A DNA stretch of 64,000 nucleotides from an uncultured delta proteobacterium. GTDB lineage: Bacteria > Myxococcota_A > Polyangia > Polyangiales > Polyangiaceae. Position 1 is the first letter of the stretch; each line of letters opens with the position of its first letter. The notes under the pieces were generated by a model. That model searched no databases. It was not told the origin of the DNA and saw nothing but the letters and a program-made list of their open reading frames with translations. The stretch lies in contig CAWJCS010000006.1 of assembly GCA_963841435.1 (NCBI GenBank), positions 672,001 through 736,000 on the forward strand. Direction: 5' to 3'. Of this stretch, positions 8,893 through 18,944 are shown one piece after another. A program made the translations under genes and the position numbers.

Positions 8893-11581
8893 ATGGCTTC
8901 GAAAACCGCGCGCGACGTTCGCCGTGCCTTCCTCGACTTCTTCTCCGAGCGGGGGCACGAGGTGGTCAAGAGCTCGTCCCTGATTCCCAAGAACGATCCG
9001 ACGCTGCTCTTCGTCAACGCGGGGATGGTCCAGTTCAAGGATGTGTTCACCGGTCGTGAGCAGCGCGCGACCCGCCGTGCGACGTTCGAGCCAAAAGTGC
9101 ATTCGTATCAGCGGCAAACACAACGACCTCGAAGCCGTCGGTCCCTCGCCGCGCCATCACACGTTCTTCGAGATGCTCGGGAACTTCAGTTTCGGCGACT
9201 ATTTCAAGCCCGACGCCATCGAGTTCGCGTGGGACCTCGTGACTCGCGTGCTCGGCTTGCCCAAGGATCGGCTGATCGTCACCTACTTCAAGGGCGAGGA
9301 GGGCATCGCCGAGGACACCGAGGCGCGCGATCTCTGGCGCAAGGTGAGCGGTTTCGGCGACGACCGCATCCGCGGGCTCGGCATGGCCGACAACTTCTGG
9401 CAGATGGGCGAGACCGGGCCGTGTGGTCCCTGCAGCGAGATCTACTTTTGCAACGGACCGGACGTCAACCTTGGCAACTTCGGTGAAGAGCAGACGCCGG
9501 AGGGGTTCGGTTGGATGGAGATCTGGAACCTCGTCTTCATGCAGTTCGAGCGCCGCCTCGATGCGGACGGGCGCATCGTCATGGAAACGTTGCCTGCACC
9601 CAGCATCGATACGGGCGCGGGGCTCGAGCGCCTGTCGAGCGTCGTAGAAGGCAAGACGACGAACTATGACGTCGACCTGTTGCGCAACCTGGTCGAGCAA
9701 GCGGCTCGTCTCGCCGACAAACCCTACCGGCAGAGCCACGACCCCGACGACGTCAGCATGCGCGTGATCGCCGATCATGCCCGCACGAGCGCGTTCTTGA
9801 TTGCCGAGGGCGTCGTCCCGGACCGCACGGGGCGCGAATACGTGCTCAGGCGCGTGATGCGCCGCGCGATCCGCCACGGTCATCGTCTCGGCATCGAGAA
9901 GCCCTTCCTGCACGAGGTTGCGCGCACCGTGGTCGACACCATGGGCGAGGACTATCCGGAGCTCATCGAGCGTCGCGCGCTCATCGAGAACGTCATCCAG
10001 GCGGAAGAAGAGCGCTTTCGCCAGACCATCGAGCGCGGTCTCGGTCTGCTCGAGGAGCGCTTCGCGGCGCTCGATGTGCAAGGCTCGAAGGTGCTCGACG
10101 GGCGCGATGCGTTCCAGCTCTACGACACCTACGGCTTCCCGCTCGACCTCACGGAGGTGATCTGCAAAGAGCGCGGCATCGCTGTCGACGAGCCGGGTTA
10201 CGAGGCGGCGCTCGCGGAGGCGCGCGAGCGCTCCGAATTCAAGGGCGTCGAGCAGGCGAACCTCGCCGTGTACGCGGAGGCACGCGCCCTGCTTCCCGCC
10301 GAAGGGACGCGCTTCGTGGGCTATGAGCGTGACCGGGTCAATGCGCGTGTCGTCGGCTTGGTGGTCGACGGCAAGCTTGCCGATAAGGCGAACGCGGGTG
10401 AACAGGTGCTCGTGATCACCGATGTGACGCCGTTTTACGCCGAGGCGGGCGGCCAGGTCGGCGATCAGGGCGTCATCGAATCCCCGCAGGGTCTCAGCCT
10501 CGCGGTCGAGGACACGACGCGGCCCGTGCCGGGCCTCACGCTGCACCGCGGTCGCGTGCAGGCGGGTGGCCTCTCGCTCGGTGAGTCGGTCGAGCTCAGG
10601 GTCGATGTCGTGCGCAGGGAGCGCACGCGGCGAAACCACTCCGCGACCCACCTCTTGCACTGGGCGCTCCGGAGCGTCATCGGAGCGCACGCTCAGCAGA
10701 AGGGCTCGCTCGTCGGTCCGGACCGGCTGCGCTTCGACTTCACGAGCTCGCGGGCGGTCACGCCCGAGGAGCTCGACCGCGTCGAGCAGCTCGTGAATCA
10801 GCGCACGCTCGAGAATCATCCCATCCGCACCGAGGTTCTCACCATGGAGGAGGCGCGCCGGCGCGGTGCCATGATGATCTTCGAGGAAAAATACGGAGAC
10901 GTCGTGCGCCTGCTCAGCATGGCCGAATCCATGGAGCTTTGCGGCGGCACCCACGCGCGCGCGACCGGCGACATCGGTCTTTTCAAGATCGTGAGCGAGC
11001 AAGGGGTGGCGGCCGGCGTGCGGCGTATCGTGGCCGTGACGGGCGACGGTGCGCTCGCCTACGTTCGTGAGCTCACCGGAACGCTCGGTGAGGCGGCGCG
11101 CGTGGCCAAGACGAGCCCGGCCTTGCTCGTCGAGCGCCTCGAGAAGCTCGTGCAGCACGAGCGCGCGCTCGAAAAGCAGGTGGCCGACCTCGAGCGCAAG
11201 CTCGCTACGGGCGGCGGTGAGGGAGAGGGCGTTGACGGGATGCTTGCCAAGGCGCGTGACGTTTCGGGTGTGAAGGTGCTCGGCGTCCGCACGGGCGTCA
11301 CCGATCGCGGCGCACTGCGCGAGCTCGCCGAGCGGCTGCGCGATCGCCTGGGCGACAGCATCGTGCTCGTGGGCTCCGAGGCCGAAGGCAAGGCCCAGCT
11401 CGTGCTGACCGTGTCGAAGGCCCTGACGGCGCGCTACCGAGCCGGCGATCTCATCAAGTCGATCGCGACGATCGTGGGCGGCTCGGGCGGCGGGCGCCCG
11501 GACCTCGCGCAGGCAGGCGGCACGGAGGTCGCTCGTCTCGACGAGGCCATCGACTCCGTTTATAGCGGCGTCGCGAGCTGA
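8893..11581 (+). CDS. alaS: Alanine--tRNA ligase, split by a +1 frameshift near 9085
   Basis: Frame A gives [15 protein letters not shown]. Frame B gives [50 protein letters not shown] and [12 protein letters not shown]. Deleting one T at 9085/9086 joins them into ~895 aa. Confidence 0.95.
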
Positions 11582-11597
11582 AGCGACCCGCGGCGCG

Positions 11598-12668
11598 TCA
11601 CGTGGCGGTGGTGAGCGCGGCGTCCTCACCCCAGCGCGCGGGTTCCATGGCGAGCGTCACCCCGAAGCGGTCGCGGACGCCTCGCAGGATCTCGTTCGCG
11701 AGCGCGAGCACGTCGGTTGCGCGCGCCCCGTCGTGGCAGACGATCGCCAGGGCGTGGCGCGTGGAAAGCCCCACGGGGCCGCGCACGAGCCCCTTTTCGA
11801 AGCCCGCCTGCTCGATCAGCCACCCTGCAGCGAGCTTGACCCGTCCGTCCGGCTGGGGATAGCGCGGCATGGCCGGCCCGCCGAGCCTCTCGACACGAGC
11901 GGCGTCCGCCGACTCGACGACGGGATTCGTGAAGAACGAGCCGCAGCTTCGGCCGTTTGGATCGTCGGCGTCGAGCAGCATCGATTTTCTGCGACGTAGC
12001 GTCAGCACGGCGTCGCGGGCTCGCGCGAGGGTGGGCTCGGCTTCTCCGAGTTCGCCGAAGTGACGCGTGAGCTCGGCGTAGCGTAACGCGGGCGGTGCTC
12101 CCGGGCGCAGGGCGAAGCGCACGGAAAGCACGACGAAGCGCTCCGGCTCGCGGCTCTTGAAGCGACTATCGCGGTACCCGAAGCCGCAAGCGTCGGCGTC
12201 GAGCGTGAGCACGGTGCCGGAATGTCGATCGAGCACGCGCACGCACCGGATCGTGTCGGCGACCTCCTGTCCGTAGGCTCCGACGTTCTGGATCGGGGTT
12301 GCCCCGACGAGTCCCGGGATACCGCTCAGACACTCGAGCCCCTGCAGCCCCCGAGCGACGCTCTCTGCCACGATGTCGTCCCAGGGCTCCCCCGCGGCGG
12401 CGTCGAGCACGACCTCCTCACCCTCGGGCGAAAAGGCCCGGCCCCGCGCCGCGATCCGCACGACCAGCGCCTGAACACCGTTGTCATCGACGACGATGTT
12501 GCTGCCCCCGCCGAGCACGCGCACACCGACGCCGCGCTCCTTGGCCCACGCGAGCGCGTCGCCGAGCGTGCGCTCGTCGCGCGCGTCGACGAAGTAGCGT
12601 GCCGGACCGCCGACGCCGAGCGTGGTCATCGGAGCCAGGGGAACGAGCTCGCGGAGCGTCATCGACAT
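11598..12668 (-). CDS. murB: UDP-N-acetylenolpyruvoylglucosamine reductase
   Basis: TTLGVGGPA, LGGGSN, GIPGLVGATPIQNVGAYG, FGYRDSRFK, SCGSFFTNP and AGWLIE motifs. Confidence 0.95.
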   Translation of the reverse strand: MSMTLRELVPLAPMTTLGVGGPARYFVDARDERTLGDALAWAKERGVGVRVLGGGSNIVVDDNGVQALVVRIAARGRAFSPEGEEVVLDAAAGEPWDDIVAESVARGLQGLECLSGIPGLVGATPIQNVGAYGQEVADTIRCVRVLDRHSGTVLTLDADACGFGYRDSRFKSREPERFVVLSVRFALRPGAPPALRYAELTRHFGELGEAEPTLARARDAVLTLRRRKSMLLDADDPNGRSCGSFFTNPVVESADAARVERLGGPAMPRYPQPDGRVKLAAGWLIEQAGFEKGLVRGPVGLSTRHALAIVCHDGARATDVLALANEILRGVRDRFGVTLAMEPARWGEDAALTTAT

Positions 12669-12711
12669 CGTCGCGAAGAACCTTATTAGCCCGACCGGGC
12701 GATCACGACGT

Positions 12712-13056
12712 CTACGGACTGCGGCGCCGGCCCCGGGAGTCGAGTGACGAGAGCCCGGGCCCAGCGGCTGACCGCGCGGCAGCGGTCGCCACCCGCGGCG
12801 ACTGGCGTTCGACGAACTCGCGGCACTCGGGCGATAGCGTCGCCGGGTCGAGCGTCCCGAGCTCGACGAGGCTCCTCGCGACCAGGCTCGCGCGCTCGAA
12901 GATGGGCGCCCTGGCGCTCAAGAGAACGACGGGTGCCCCCCGGATGCGGCACAGGCCGCCGGCGCCGTGCCCGACCCGGAGAACGCGCTGCCGCACCTGC
13001 ACCCCGAGCCGCGTCGCGGCCCGGGTGAGCTCCTCGAGCGCCCGCTCGGAGTCCAC
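12712..13056 (-). CDS. Small hypothetical protein upstream of murB
   Basis: 114-aa ORF with an LEEL..AA.RLGV.VR..GGLCRIRG..VVL pattern and globular composition, co-oriented with murB. Confidence 0.6.
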   Translation of the reverse strand: MDSERALEELTRAATRLGVQVRQRVLRVGHGAGGLCRIRGAPVVLLSARAPIFERASLVARSLVELGTLDPATLSPECREFVERQSPRVATAAARSAAGPGLSSLDSRGRRRSP

Positions 13057-13241
13057 TTATGTAGTCTACCCCCTTTGGCCGGGGTCGGCCCGGCGGACGG
13101 ACTTTTCCCGCGGCAGGGTATCGTGGTATGAGCCCGGTATTGCGAGAGGTGCTCGCCGGTGGCGGGAGCGATGCGCGCTTCCCCGGGGGCCCTCGAAGGC
13201 AGTGGGAACCATGTTCCTGCACCACAGAAAGAACCACGTTA

Positions 13242-14894
13242 ATGACGTTCACGGAAGCGGCGGCGCAGGTGCTGCGCCTCGTCGGGAAGCCTTTACATTA
13301 CAAAGAGATCACTGACGTAGCCATCGAAAGAAATCTGCTCAGTCACGTGGGCAAGAGCCCGGAGGTGACGATGGGCGCGCGCCTCGCGGCCCTCGTCAAG
13401 AAGGGGGAAAAAGACAACCCCTTGATCCGCGTCAAGCCGGGCGTCTTCGCCCTTCGCGAATGGGACCCAGCCACGGTCGAAAAAGGTCTAGCCGACCGGA
13501 CTCCAGCCCTCGAGCGGCTGGCAAAGCAGCATCCGGGCGCCTCGGACGAGTCGAACGGCGAGCTCGACAGCGCCGTGCAGAGCGCGCCGAGCCAGCCCGA
13601 AGGGAAAGAAGAAGAGGCATTGCCGGTGATGGACGCGGCGGAGCGGGAGCGTGCGTTGCTCGCTGCCGACGCCAATCAGTTCTTCGCCTCGGAGGAAGAC
13701 GACGACGAGCCGATCTTCGGTCGCGAATCGACGGCCGAGCCCGGCGTCGAGGCGGACCGCGCGGCGGGCGAAGGCGGTCGCCGTCGCCGGCGGCGCCGCC
13801 GGCGTGGCCAGGGTCGCCCGGAGGAGCGCGGGGGAGGCGATGGACTGCCGTCGTACACGGTATCCGATGCGCCCCTCGATGCGTCGTCGAACGAAGGCAC
13901 GCTCGAGTACGCGGCGGACGCCGCACCACCGTCGCCGCCCGCGGCATCCGCGGAGCGCAACGGCGAGCGGGTCGAGCGCGGCGAGCGCAGTGAGCGCAGT
14001 GAGCGTGGTGAGCGTGAGCGTGGTGAGCGTGGTGAGCGCGGTGAACGCGGTGAACGCGGTGAACGCGGTGAACGCGGTGGCGACACGGGTGGCAGCTTCG
14101 ACGAGTACGCAGGTCGCGGGCTGGCCGACGGTCTAGCGGCGTTGCTGGCGACGTTCGATCGCAATCGCGGCCCAGTTTCGCTGCAAACGCTCGTGGACGC
14201 CGCGCAACGCCGTGGCCGCCTTTTCGGCGAGCACACCGTGGCGCAGGGCCTTCTGGTTGCCGCCGCGCGCGCCGACAACGCCCGCGCGCTTGCGCGCGGT
14301 GAACGCCCGCGCTTTCGCGCGGCCCCGGGGCGCATCGGCCTCACGGAGTGGGTGCTCGACGCGGAGCTGTTGCGGATCGAGCGTGAGATCCAGGTGCTCG
14401 CCGAGCGCTACCGCGAGGCGGCCCGCCGCACCGTGCTGCGCCAGCTCCAGGAAATCCCCCAGCGCGCGCTGGGCGAGCTCGTGCTGCTCGTGCTCGAGCA
14501 CGTGGGCTTCTCCGAGCTCTTGCCCGTGCGTCGGCCAGGGGCGCACGGCGCCGAGCTCCACTTGTCGGGGCGGCTCCGCACGGCGGCCGGCGAGATCCGC
14601 ACGGCGGTCGTGGTGCGCCGCGACGGTCGCGAGATTGGGCGTGAGCGCGTCACCGAGCTGCGCGGCGCGCTGCATCACTACGGGCCGGCGCACGCCGCCT
14701 GGGTACTCACGACGGGGCAGGTGCTGAGCGGCGCGCGCGAGGAAGCCGCCTCGCCCGGTGCTTCGCCCATGACGGTCGTCGACGGCCTCGGGCTCGTTCG
14801 GCTCTGCGAGGAGCACGGGGTCGGCGTCGTACGCTCCGAGATCCGGCTGCTTCTGCCCGATCTCGACTTGCTCGACGGGCTGCGCGCGTCCTGA
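13242..14894 (+). CDS. Tandem HARE-HTH protein with C-terminal degenerate Mrr-like restriction-endonuclease domain
   Basis: MTFTEAAAQVLRLVGKPLHYKEIT...PGVFALREW (HARE-HTH); an acidic/Arg/RGE linker; a second HARE-like unit ending PRFRAAPGRIGLTEW; Mrr-like IGRERVTELRGAL..VLTTG..A..EA..VVDGLGLVRLC. Confidence 0.75.
   Translation: MTFTEAAAQVLRLVGKPLHYKEITDVAIERNLLSHVGKSPEVTMGARLAALVKKGEKDNPLIRVKPGVFALREWDPATVEKGLADRTPALERLAKQHPGASDESNGELDSAVQSAPSQPEGKEEEALPVMDAAERERALLAADANQFFASEEDDDEPIFGRESTAEPGVEADRAAGEGGRRRRRRRRRGQGRPEERGGGDGLPSYTVSDAPLDASSNEGTLEYAADAAPPSPPAASAERNGERVERGERSERSERGERERGERGERGERGERGERGERGGDTGGSFDEYAGRGLADGLAALLATFDRNRGPVSLQTLVDAAQRRGRLFGEHTVAQGLLVAAARADNARALARGERPRFRAAPGRIGLTEWVLDAELLRIEREIQVLAERYREAARRTVLRQLQEIPQRALGELVLLVLEHVGFSELLPVRRPGAHGAELHLSGRLRTAAGEIRTAVVVRRDGREIGRERVTELRGALHHYGPAHAAWVLTTGQVLSGAREEAASPGASPMTVVDGLGLVRLCEEHGVGVVRSEIRLLLPDLDLLDGLRAS
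13962..14078 (+). repeat. 9-bp coding tandem repeat (GER/SER)n
   Basis: About 12 units of ggYgaRcgY, including ggtgaacgc x4 exact. Confidence 0.9.
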
Positions 14895-14918
14895 GAAGGC
14901 GCCGGCCGCTTCCGCGCC

Positions 14919-15800
14919 ATGCCTGTTCTGCGCCTCGGGCCGACGGCGGTCGTGGCCGCCACGCTCATCGGTTGTGGCGTGCCGCCGCCGGCCTCCGTCT
15001 TCCCGGACGGTGAGGCGGCGCTCGGCCGCATGCACGCGACCTACGAGTGCAGCCGTGGCGTGAGCGCGGAAGCGAAGCTCGACTACTTCGGTCCCGACGG
15101 GCGTGTCCGGGGAAACGTCTACTACCTCGCGGCGGCGCCGGCCCGCATCCGGCTCGATCTGTTCAGCCCGTTCGGAGCGGTGCTTTCCACCCTCACCTCG
15201 GACGGAACGAGCTTCGCGATGTCGGACATGCGCGCGAAGCTGTTTCGGTACGGGCCGGCGAACGCCTGCAACCTCTCGCGTTTCACGCGCGTCGCGTTGC
15301 CGCCCTCGGTGCTCGCGGATCTGTTCCGAGGCGAGGCCCCGGTGCTCGTCCATGCGCCGGGCGCTAGCCGCGTGGCCTGGCAGGGTGGTCGCTACGTCGT
15401 ATCGGTGCCCGGCACGAATGGCGCGAGCGAGCGGATCGAGCTCGAGCCCGTGCCCGCCGACTTCGACCGGCCGTGGACTGAGCAGCGCGTGCACGTGCTC
15501 AAAGTCGAGGTCGAGCAGCTCGGCGCGCCCCTTTACAGCGTCGAGCTGGGAGGACACGTCCCGACGCACACGGCGCCGCCGCGCGTCGACCCCGACGGCA
15601 TCGACCCCCCCATCCCTCCGAGCGGTCCGAGCTGCGAGGCCGAGCTGCCGAGGCGCCTTCACATCGAGGTGCCCGGCGAGGGTCACGACCTCTTGATCCA
15701 GGTCGTGGAAGTCGCTCACAACCCGCCGTTGCCCGAAGGCGTCTTCGCCCAGGAGCGTCCGCCAGGAATGCGCGCACAGTTTTCGCCCTGCGCTCCCTAG
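14919..15800 (+). CDS. Lipoprotein, possibly DUF4292/LolA-LolB-like fold
   Basis: Lipobox TLIGC; RIRLDLFSPFGAVLSTLTSDG resembles DUF4292-type proteins (fold call is tentative). Confidence 0.55.
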   Translation: MPVLRLGPTAVVAATLIGCGVPPPASVFPDGEAALGRMHATYECSRGVSAEAKLDYFGPDGRVRGNVYYLAAAPARIRLDLFSPFGAVLSTLTSDGTSFAMSDMRAKLFRYGPANACNLSRFTRVALPPSVLADLFRGEAPVLVHAPGASRVAWQGGRYVVSVPGTNGASERIELEPVPADFDRPWTEQRVHVLKVEVEQLGAPLYSVELGGHVPTHTAPPRVDPDGIDPPIPPSGPSCEAELPRRLHIEVPGEGHDLLIQVVEVAHNPPLPEGVFAQERPPGMRAQFSPCAP

Positions 15801-15850
15801 CCTCGACGGCACCATGGCGGAAGGTGGTGCCCGAGGTATGATGGCGAGGC

Positions 15851-16990
15851 ATGCCGAGGCGAGGCCGGCCCGCCGCCCGTGAGCGATCGCGGAGTACACC
15901 CCGTGCTCCGCGCAAGGACGCCGCCGCAAGGCACGCCCGAGAGGCGCGTGCGGTTTCGTCGCCGCCTGCAGCACCGAAGGGCCGAGCGGCGCGCCCGTTC
16001 GGTCCACCGCCGCTCGGCGCGCCGCGTGCGGCGGGCATTGCGAGCTTTCTCAGGCTCCCCATCTACGACGATCCGCTCGCGATCCCGGGCGTCGACGTCC
16101 TCATCTCCGGGGTTCCCTGCGACGGGGGCAGCGCGTTTCGCCCCGGCGCCCGCTTCGGGCCTCGAGCGGTGCGCGAGGCGTCAGCCATGGCGAGCCCCTT
16201 CTCCGCGGCGCTCGGGGTCGACGTGTTCGAGGAGCTGGCTGCCGCCGACGGCGGAGACGTCGTGGTGACGAACGGCTCGGTGGAGGCGGCGCTCGAAGCC
16301 GTCGCCGAGCGAGCTCACGCCGTTGCCGCTTCGGGCGTGATTCCGGGCTTCGTGGGCGGGGACCGGACGCTCACGCTCGGTGCGCTGCGCGGGCTCCGCC
16401 GCTCCAAGCACAAGGCGCTCGGGGTGCTGCTGATCGCCGCGAACCCCGCGGCCTCGAGCCGGCCGACCCGCGAGCCTCGTGCGCTCACCGTCGTGCGGCA
16501 TGCCGTGGAGGAGGGGCTCGTGCGCACCGACTGCGCGATGCAGGTCGGCTTGCGCGGGCCGTATGCGTCCTCCGACGCGCTTTCGTTCGCGTTCTCGCAC
16601 GGCATCGACACCGTCGGTATCGACGAGGTGCGCTGGGATCTGCACGCCGTCGTGAGCCAGGTGCGGCGTCTCGTGCAGCGCGGCGCGCTTTACGTTTCCA
16701 TCGACATCGGCGTGCTCGACCCGGCGCATGCCCCCGGCGCGAGCTTCCCCGTACCCGGGGGGATGAACACCTGGGAGCTGCAGCAGATCCTACGGGCGCT
16801 CGTCGGAGCCGAGATTGCCGGTTTCGACATCGTGGAGCTCGCACCCGGCTACGACCCGAGCGGCATCACGGCGCTCGCGTGCGTCTCTGCGTTGCACGAG
16901 ATCCTCGCTTCGATTGCCGACACGCGTCGCAGCGCGCGCCCCGCACCGAGCACGCACCGCACGGGCCGCGCGGGACGGCGCTCCGCGTAG
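15851..16990 (+). CDS. Arginase/agmatinase-family protein with degenerate metal site
   Basis: GIASFLRLP, RPGARFGPRAVREAS, QVGLRG, YVSIDIGVLDPAHAPG..PGG and GFDIVELAP.YD are present. GGDH is replaced by GGDR and DAHxD by AANPA. Confidence 0.85.
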   Translation: MPRRGRPAARERSRSTPRAPRKDAAARHAREARAVSSPPAAPKGRAARPFGPPPLGAPRAAGIASFLRLPIYDDPLAIPGVDVLISGVPCDGGSAFRPGARFGPRAVREASAMASPFSAALGVDVFEELAAADGGDVVVTNGSVEAALEAVAERAHAVAASGVIPGFVGGDRTLTLGALRGLRRSKHKALGVLLIAANPAASSRPTREPRALTVVRHAVEEGLVRTDCAMQVGLRGPYASSDALSFAFSHGIDTVGIDEVRWDLHAVVSQVRRLVQRGALYVSIDIGVLDPAHAPGASFPVPGGMNTWELQQILRALVGAEIAGFDIVELAPGYDPSGITALACVSALHEILASIADTRRSARPAPSTHRTGRAGRRSA

Positions 16991-17031
16991 CCGTCCCGGG
17001 CGCCCCGCGCCGCGGGGCCCCTCGGCGAGCC

Positions 17032-17826
17032 CTATTTGCCCTGCGGGGCGCCCGGGCGGGAGAGCGCCTCGAGCACGGCACCCGGCGCGTCACCGATGAT
17101 GGCGTCCACCCCGAGCAGCGCCACGCGGCGAGCTTCCGCGGCGTCGTTGACGGTCCAGGTGTTCACGATCGCGCCGCGGCGCTTCCAGCGGGCCACACTT
17201 CGCTCGGTGATGAGCGTGTGCTGTGGGTGCACGCCGTCCGCGCCCAGCGCGAAGTACCCGGGCGCTCGCTTGAGGAAGCGCTGCCCGGCGTGGACGAGCC
17301 ACGCCCTCGCATGTCCGGGCAGCCTCAGTGCGAGCGCCGCGACGAGCGCCGGGTGGAACGAAGAAAATAGCACGAGATCTTCGGTGTTTCCCGCCCGGCG
17401 TATCGCACGCACGACACCTTCGACGAGCCCGAACGGTCGCCGCACGTCGCGCTTGAGCTCGACGTTGACGCGTGCTCCGTGCTCGCGCGACCAGGCGAGC
17501 ACGTCGCCGAGCAGGGGCACGCGTTCGCCGCTTCCCACGTCCACGCGCGAGAGCTCGGCGGCGCCGAGCGTCTCCGCCTCCCGCGGCTCCGCGCCCCCCG
17601 AGACGCGCAAGAGCGTCTGGTCGTGCAGCACGATCACGCGTCCGTCCCCGTCGAGGCGCACGTCGAGCTCCACGCCGTCGGCGCCCTCCTCGCGCGCCAG
17701 GTCGAATGCGCGGAGCGTGTTTTCGGGCGCGGCGTGGCGGGCCCCGCGATGGCCGAGCACGAAGGGGCGTCGCCCGGGTGGGCGCAACCATGCCTCGAGG
17801 CGCCGAGCACGAAAAGGGCGCGTCAC
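17032..17826 (-). CDS. Glycerophosphodiester phosphodiesterase
   Basis: GHRGA..APENTLRAF, GVELDV, VLHD, NVELK, SSF and WTVND motifs; start trimmed to GTG 17826. Confidence 0.9.
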   Translation of the reverse strand: MTRPFRARRLEAWLRPPGRRPFVLGHRGARHAAPENTLRAFDLAREEGADGVELDVRLDGDGRVIVLHDQTLLRVSGGAEPREAETLGAAELSRVDVGSGERVPLLGDVLAWSREHGARVNVELKRDVRRPFGLVEGVVRAIRRAGNTEDLVLFSSFHPALVAALALRLPGHARAWLVHAGQRFLKRAPGYFALGADGVHPQHTLITERSVARWKRRGAIVNTWTVNDAAEARRVALLGVDAIIGDAPGAVLEALSRPGAPQGK

Positions 17827-17846
17827 GGGCGCATTTTCGTGCCGGC

Positions 17847-18803
17847 TCAGCCGGCGAGCTCGTCGGCGATGGCTCGCGCGACGGTACGCGCCTGATCGAG
17901 CTCGGCGTTCGAGAACGCGATGCCGCCGACCACGGGATGCCCCCCACCGCCGTAGCGCGCGCAAATGGAGCTGATGTCGGCGTCGAGCGGTCGCCCCGAC
18001 CAGGGGTTGTAGCCGACCGAGATCTTCGGCCCGTGCTTGAGCAGGCCGATCACGACCGAGTAGACCGAGTCGGGAAACAGGGCGTAAGTCACGAACTTTC
18101 CCACGCTGTCGAGCACCTCTTCGGTGAGGTCGACGAAGACGACGCGCCCGACCACGCGGCTACTCTTCTTCACGCGGTCGACGAAGCGAGCCTGCTTCTT
18201 GCCGAGCGGCTGGTAACGCTCCGCGATCTCCGGCATCGCCGCGACCTCGTGAAGTGGGCGCTCGAGCAGTGCGGGCACCATGCGCGTGATGAACGCGTCG
18301 TCGCCGTAATGCTCGACGACGCTCACGAGCTGCATGATCGGGCTCGAGCGATCGACCGCTTCCGCGGCGCTGCCGAAGCGGGCCGCGTCGATACGGTCGG
18401 CGAAGCTAACGAGCTCGTCGAGCGAGGCGTCCTCGAAGCCAAACTGCTCGCGAGCGACGCGCGCGATGAGCGTGGTGCACGACGAGGCCTCGGCGTCGTA
18501 GAAGTATCTGCCGTTGTCGCGCTTGGCGTCGAAGTCCGTGCGATCCTCGGCGGAAGCGAACGCCGTCCGATGATGATCGAAGTACCAGCCGAGCCGGTCG
18601 CTCGCGTGGTAGCGGTAGTCGAGGATGGCGTTGTCGTCGCCGACGAGCAGCGCGTCGTCCGCGCGTGCCTGCCCGGTACCGTAGCCGCACGCGCGGTAGG
18701 AAAACTCCGACACCGGTTCGACGCGCTTCAAGAGCCGCGTGAATAGCGCGGCGCTCGCGAGGCCGTCGAAACAGTGGCCATGCGTGGCCACGACAACCTT
18801 CAT
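17847..18803 (-). CDS. DHH/DHHA1-family phosphoesterase
   Basis: THGHCFDG, ILDY, FDHH and GGGHPVVGG; start trimmed to ATG 18803. Confidence 0.85.
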   Translation of the reverse strand: MKVVVATHGHCFDGLASAALFTRLLKRVEPVSEFSYRACGYGTGQARADDALLVGDDNAILDYRYHASDRLGWYFDHHRTAFASAEDRTDFDAKRDNGRYFYDAEASSCTTLIARVAREQFGFEDASLDELVSFADRIDAARFGSAAEAVDRSSPIMQLVSVVEHYGDDAFITRMVPALLERPLHEVAAMPEIAERYQPLGKKQARFVDRVKKSSRVVGRVVFVDLTEEVLDSVGKFVTYALFPDSVYSVVIGLLKHGPKISVGYNPWSGRPLDADISSICARYGGGGHPVVGGIAFSNAELDQARTVARAIADELAG

Positions 18804-18944
18804 GTCGGGAAAGGTAGCATATTGTCCTCCCTTCTCGTTGGGTAATCTGGGACCGGTTTCAGCCCAGCCCGTGGCGGTGGATTCCGCCACCCCCGCGGAA
18901 CCCGACGCGAAACCAGACGACGCCGCTGCCCGACACCCATCGGA

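Noticed and set aside
9060-9100. Programmed ribosomal frameshift in alaS
   Set aside because: There is no slippery sequence or shift-site stop, and I know of no precedent in alaS; a single-base error is simpler.
9047-11629. Long antisense ORFs (860 aa here; also 5085..7424, 19982..22291, 59813..61966 and others)
   Set aside because: They mirror well-supported genes on the opposite strand. This is expected in high-GC DNA with few stop codons, and they carry no family motifs.
13242-14894. Active restriction or anti-phage system
   Set aside because: The catalytic residues appear absent, there is no methylase or defence neighbour, and the context is housekeeping.
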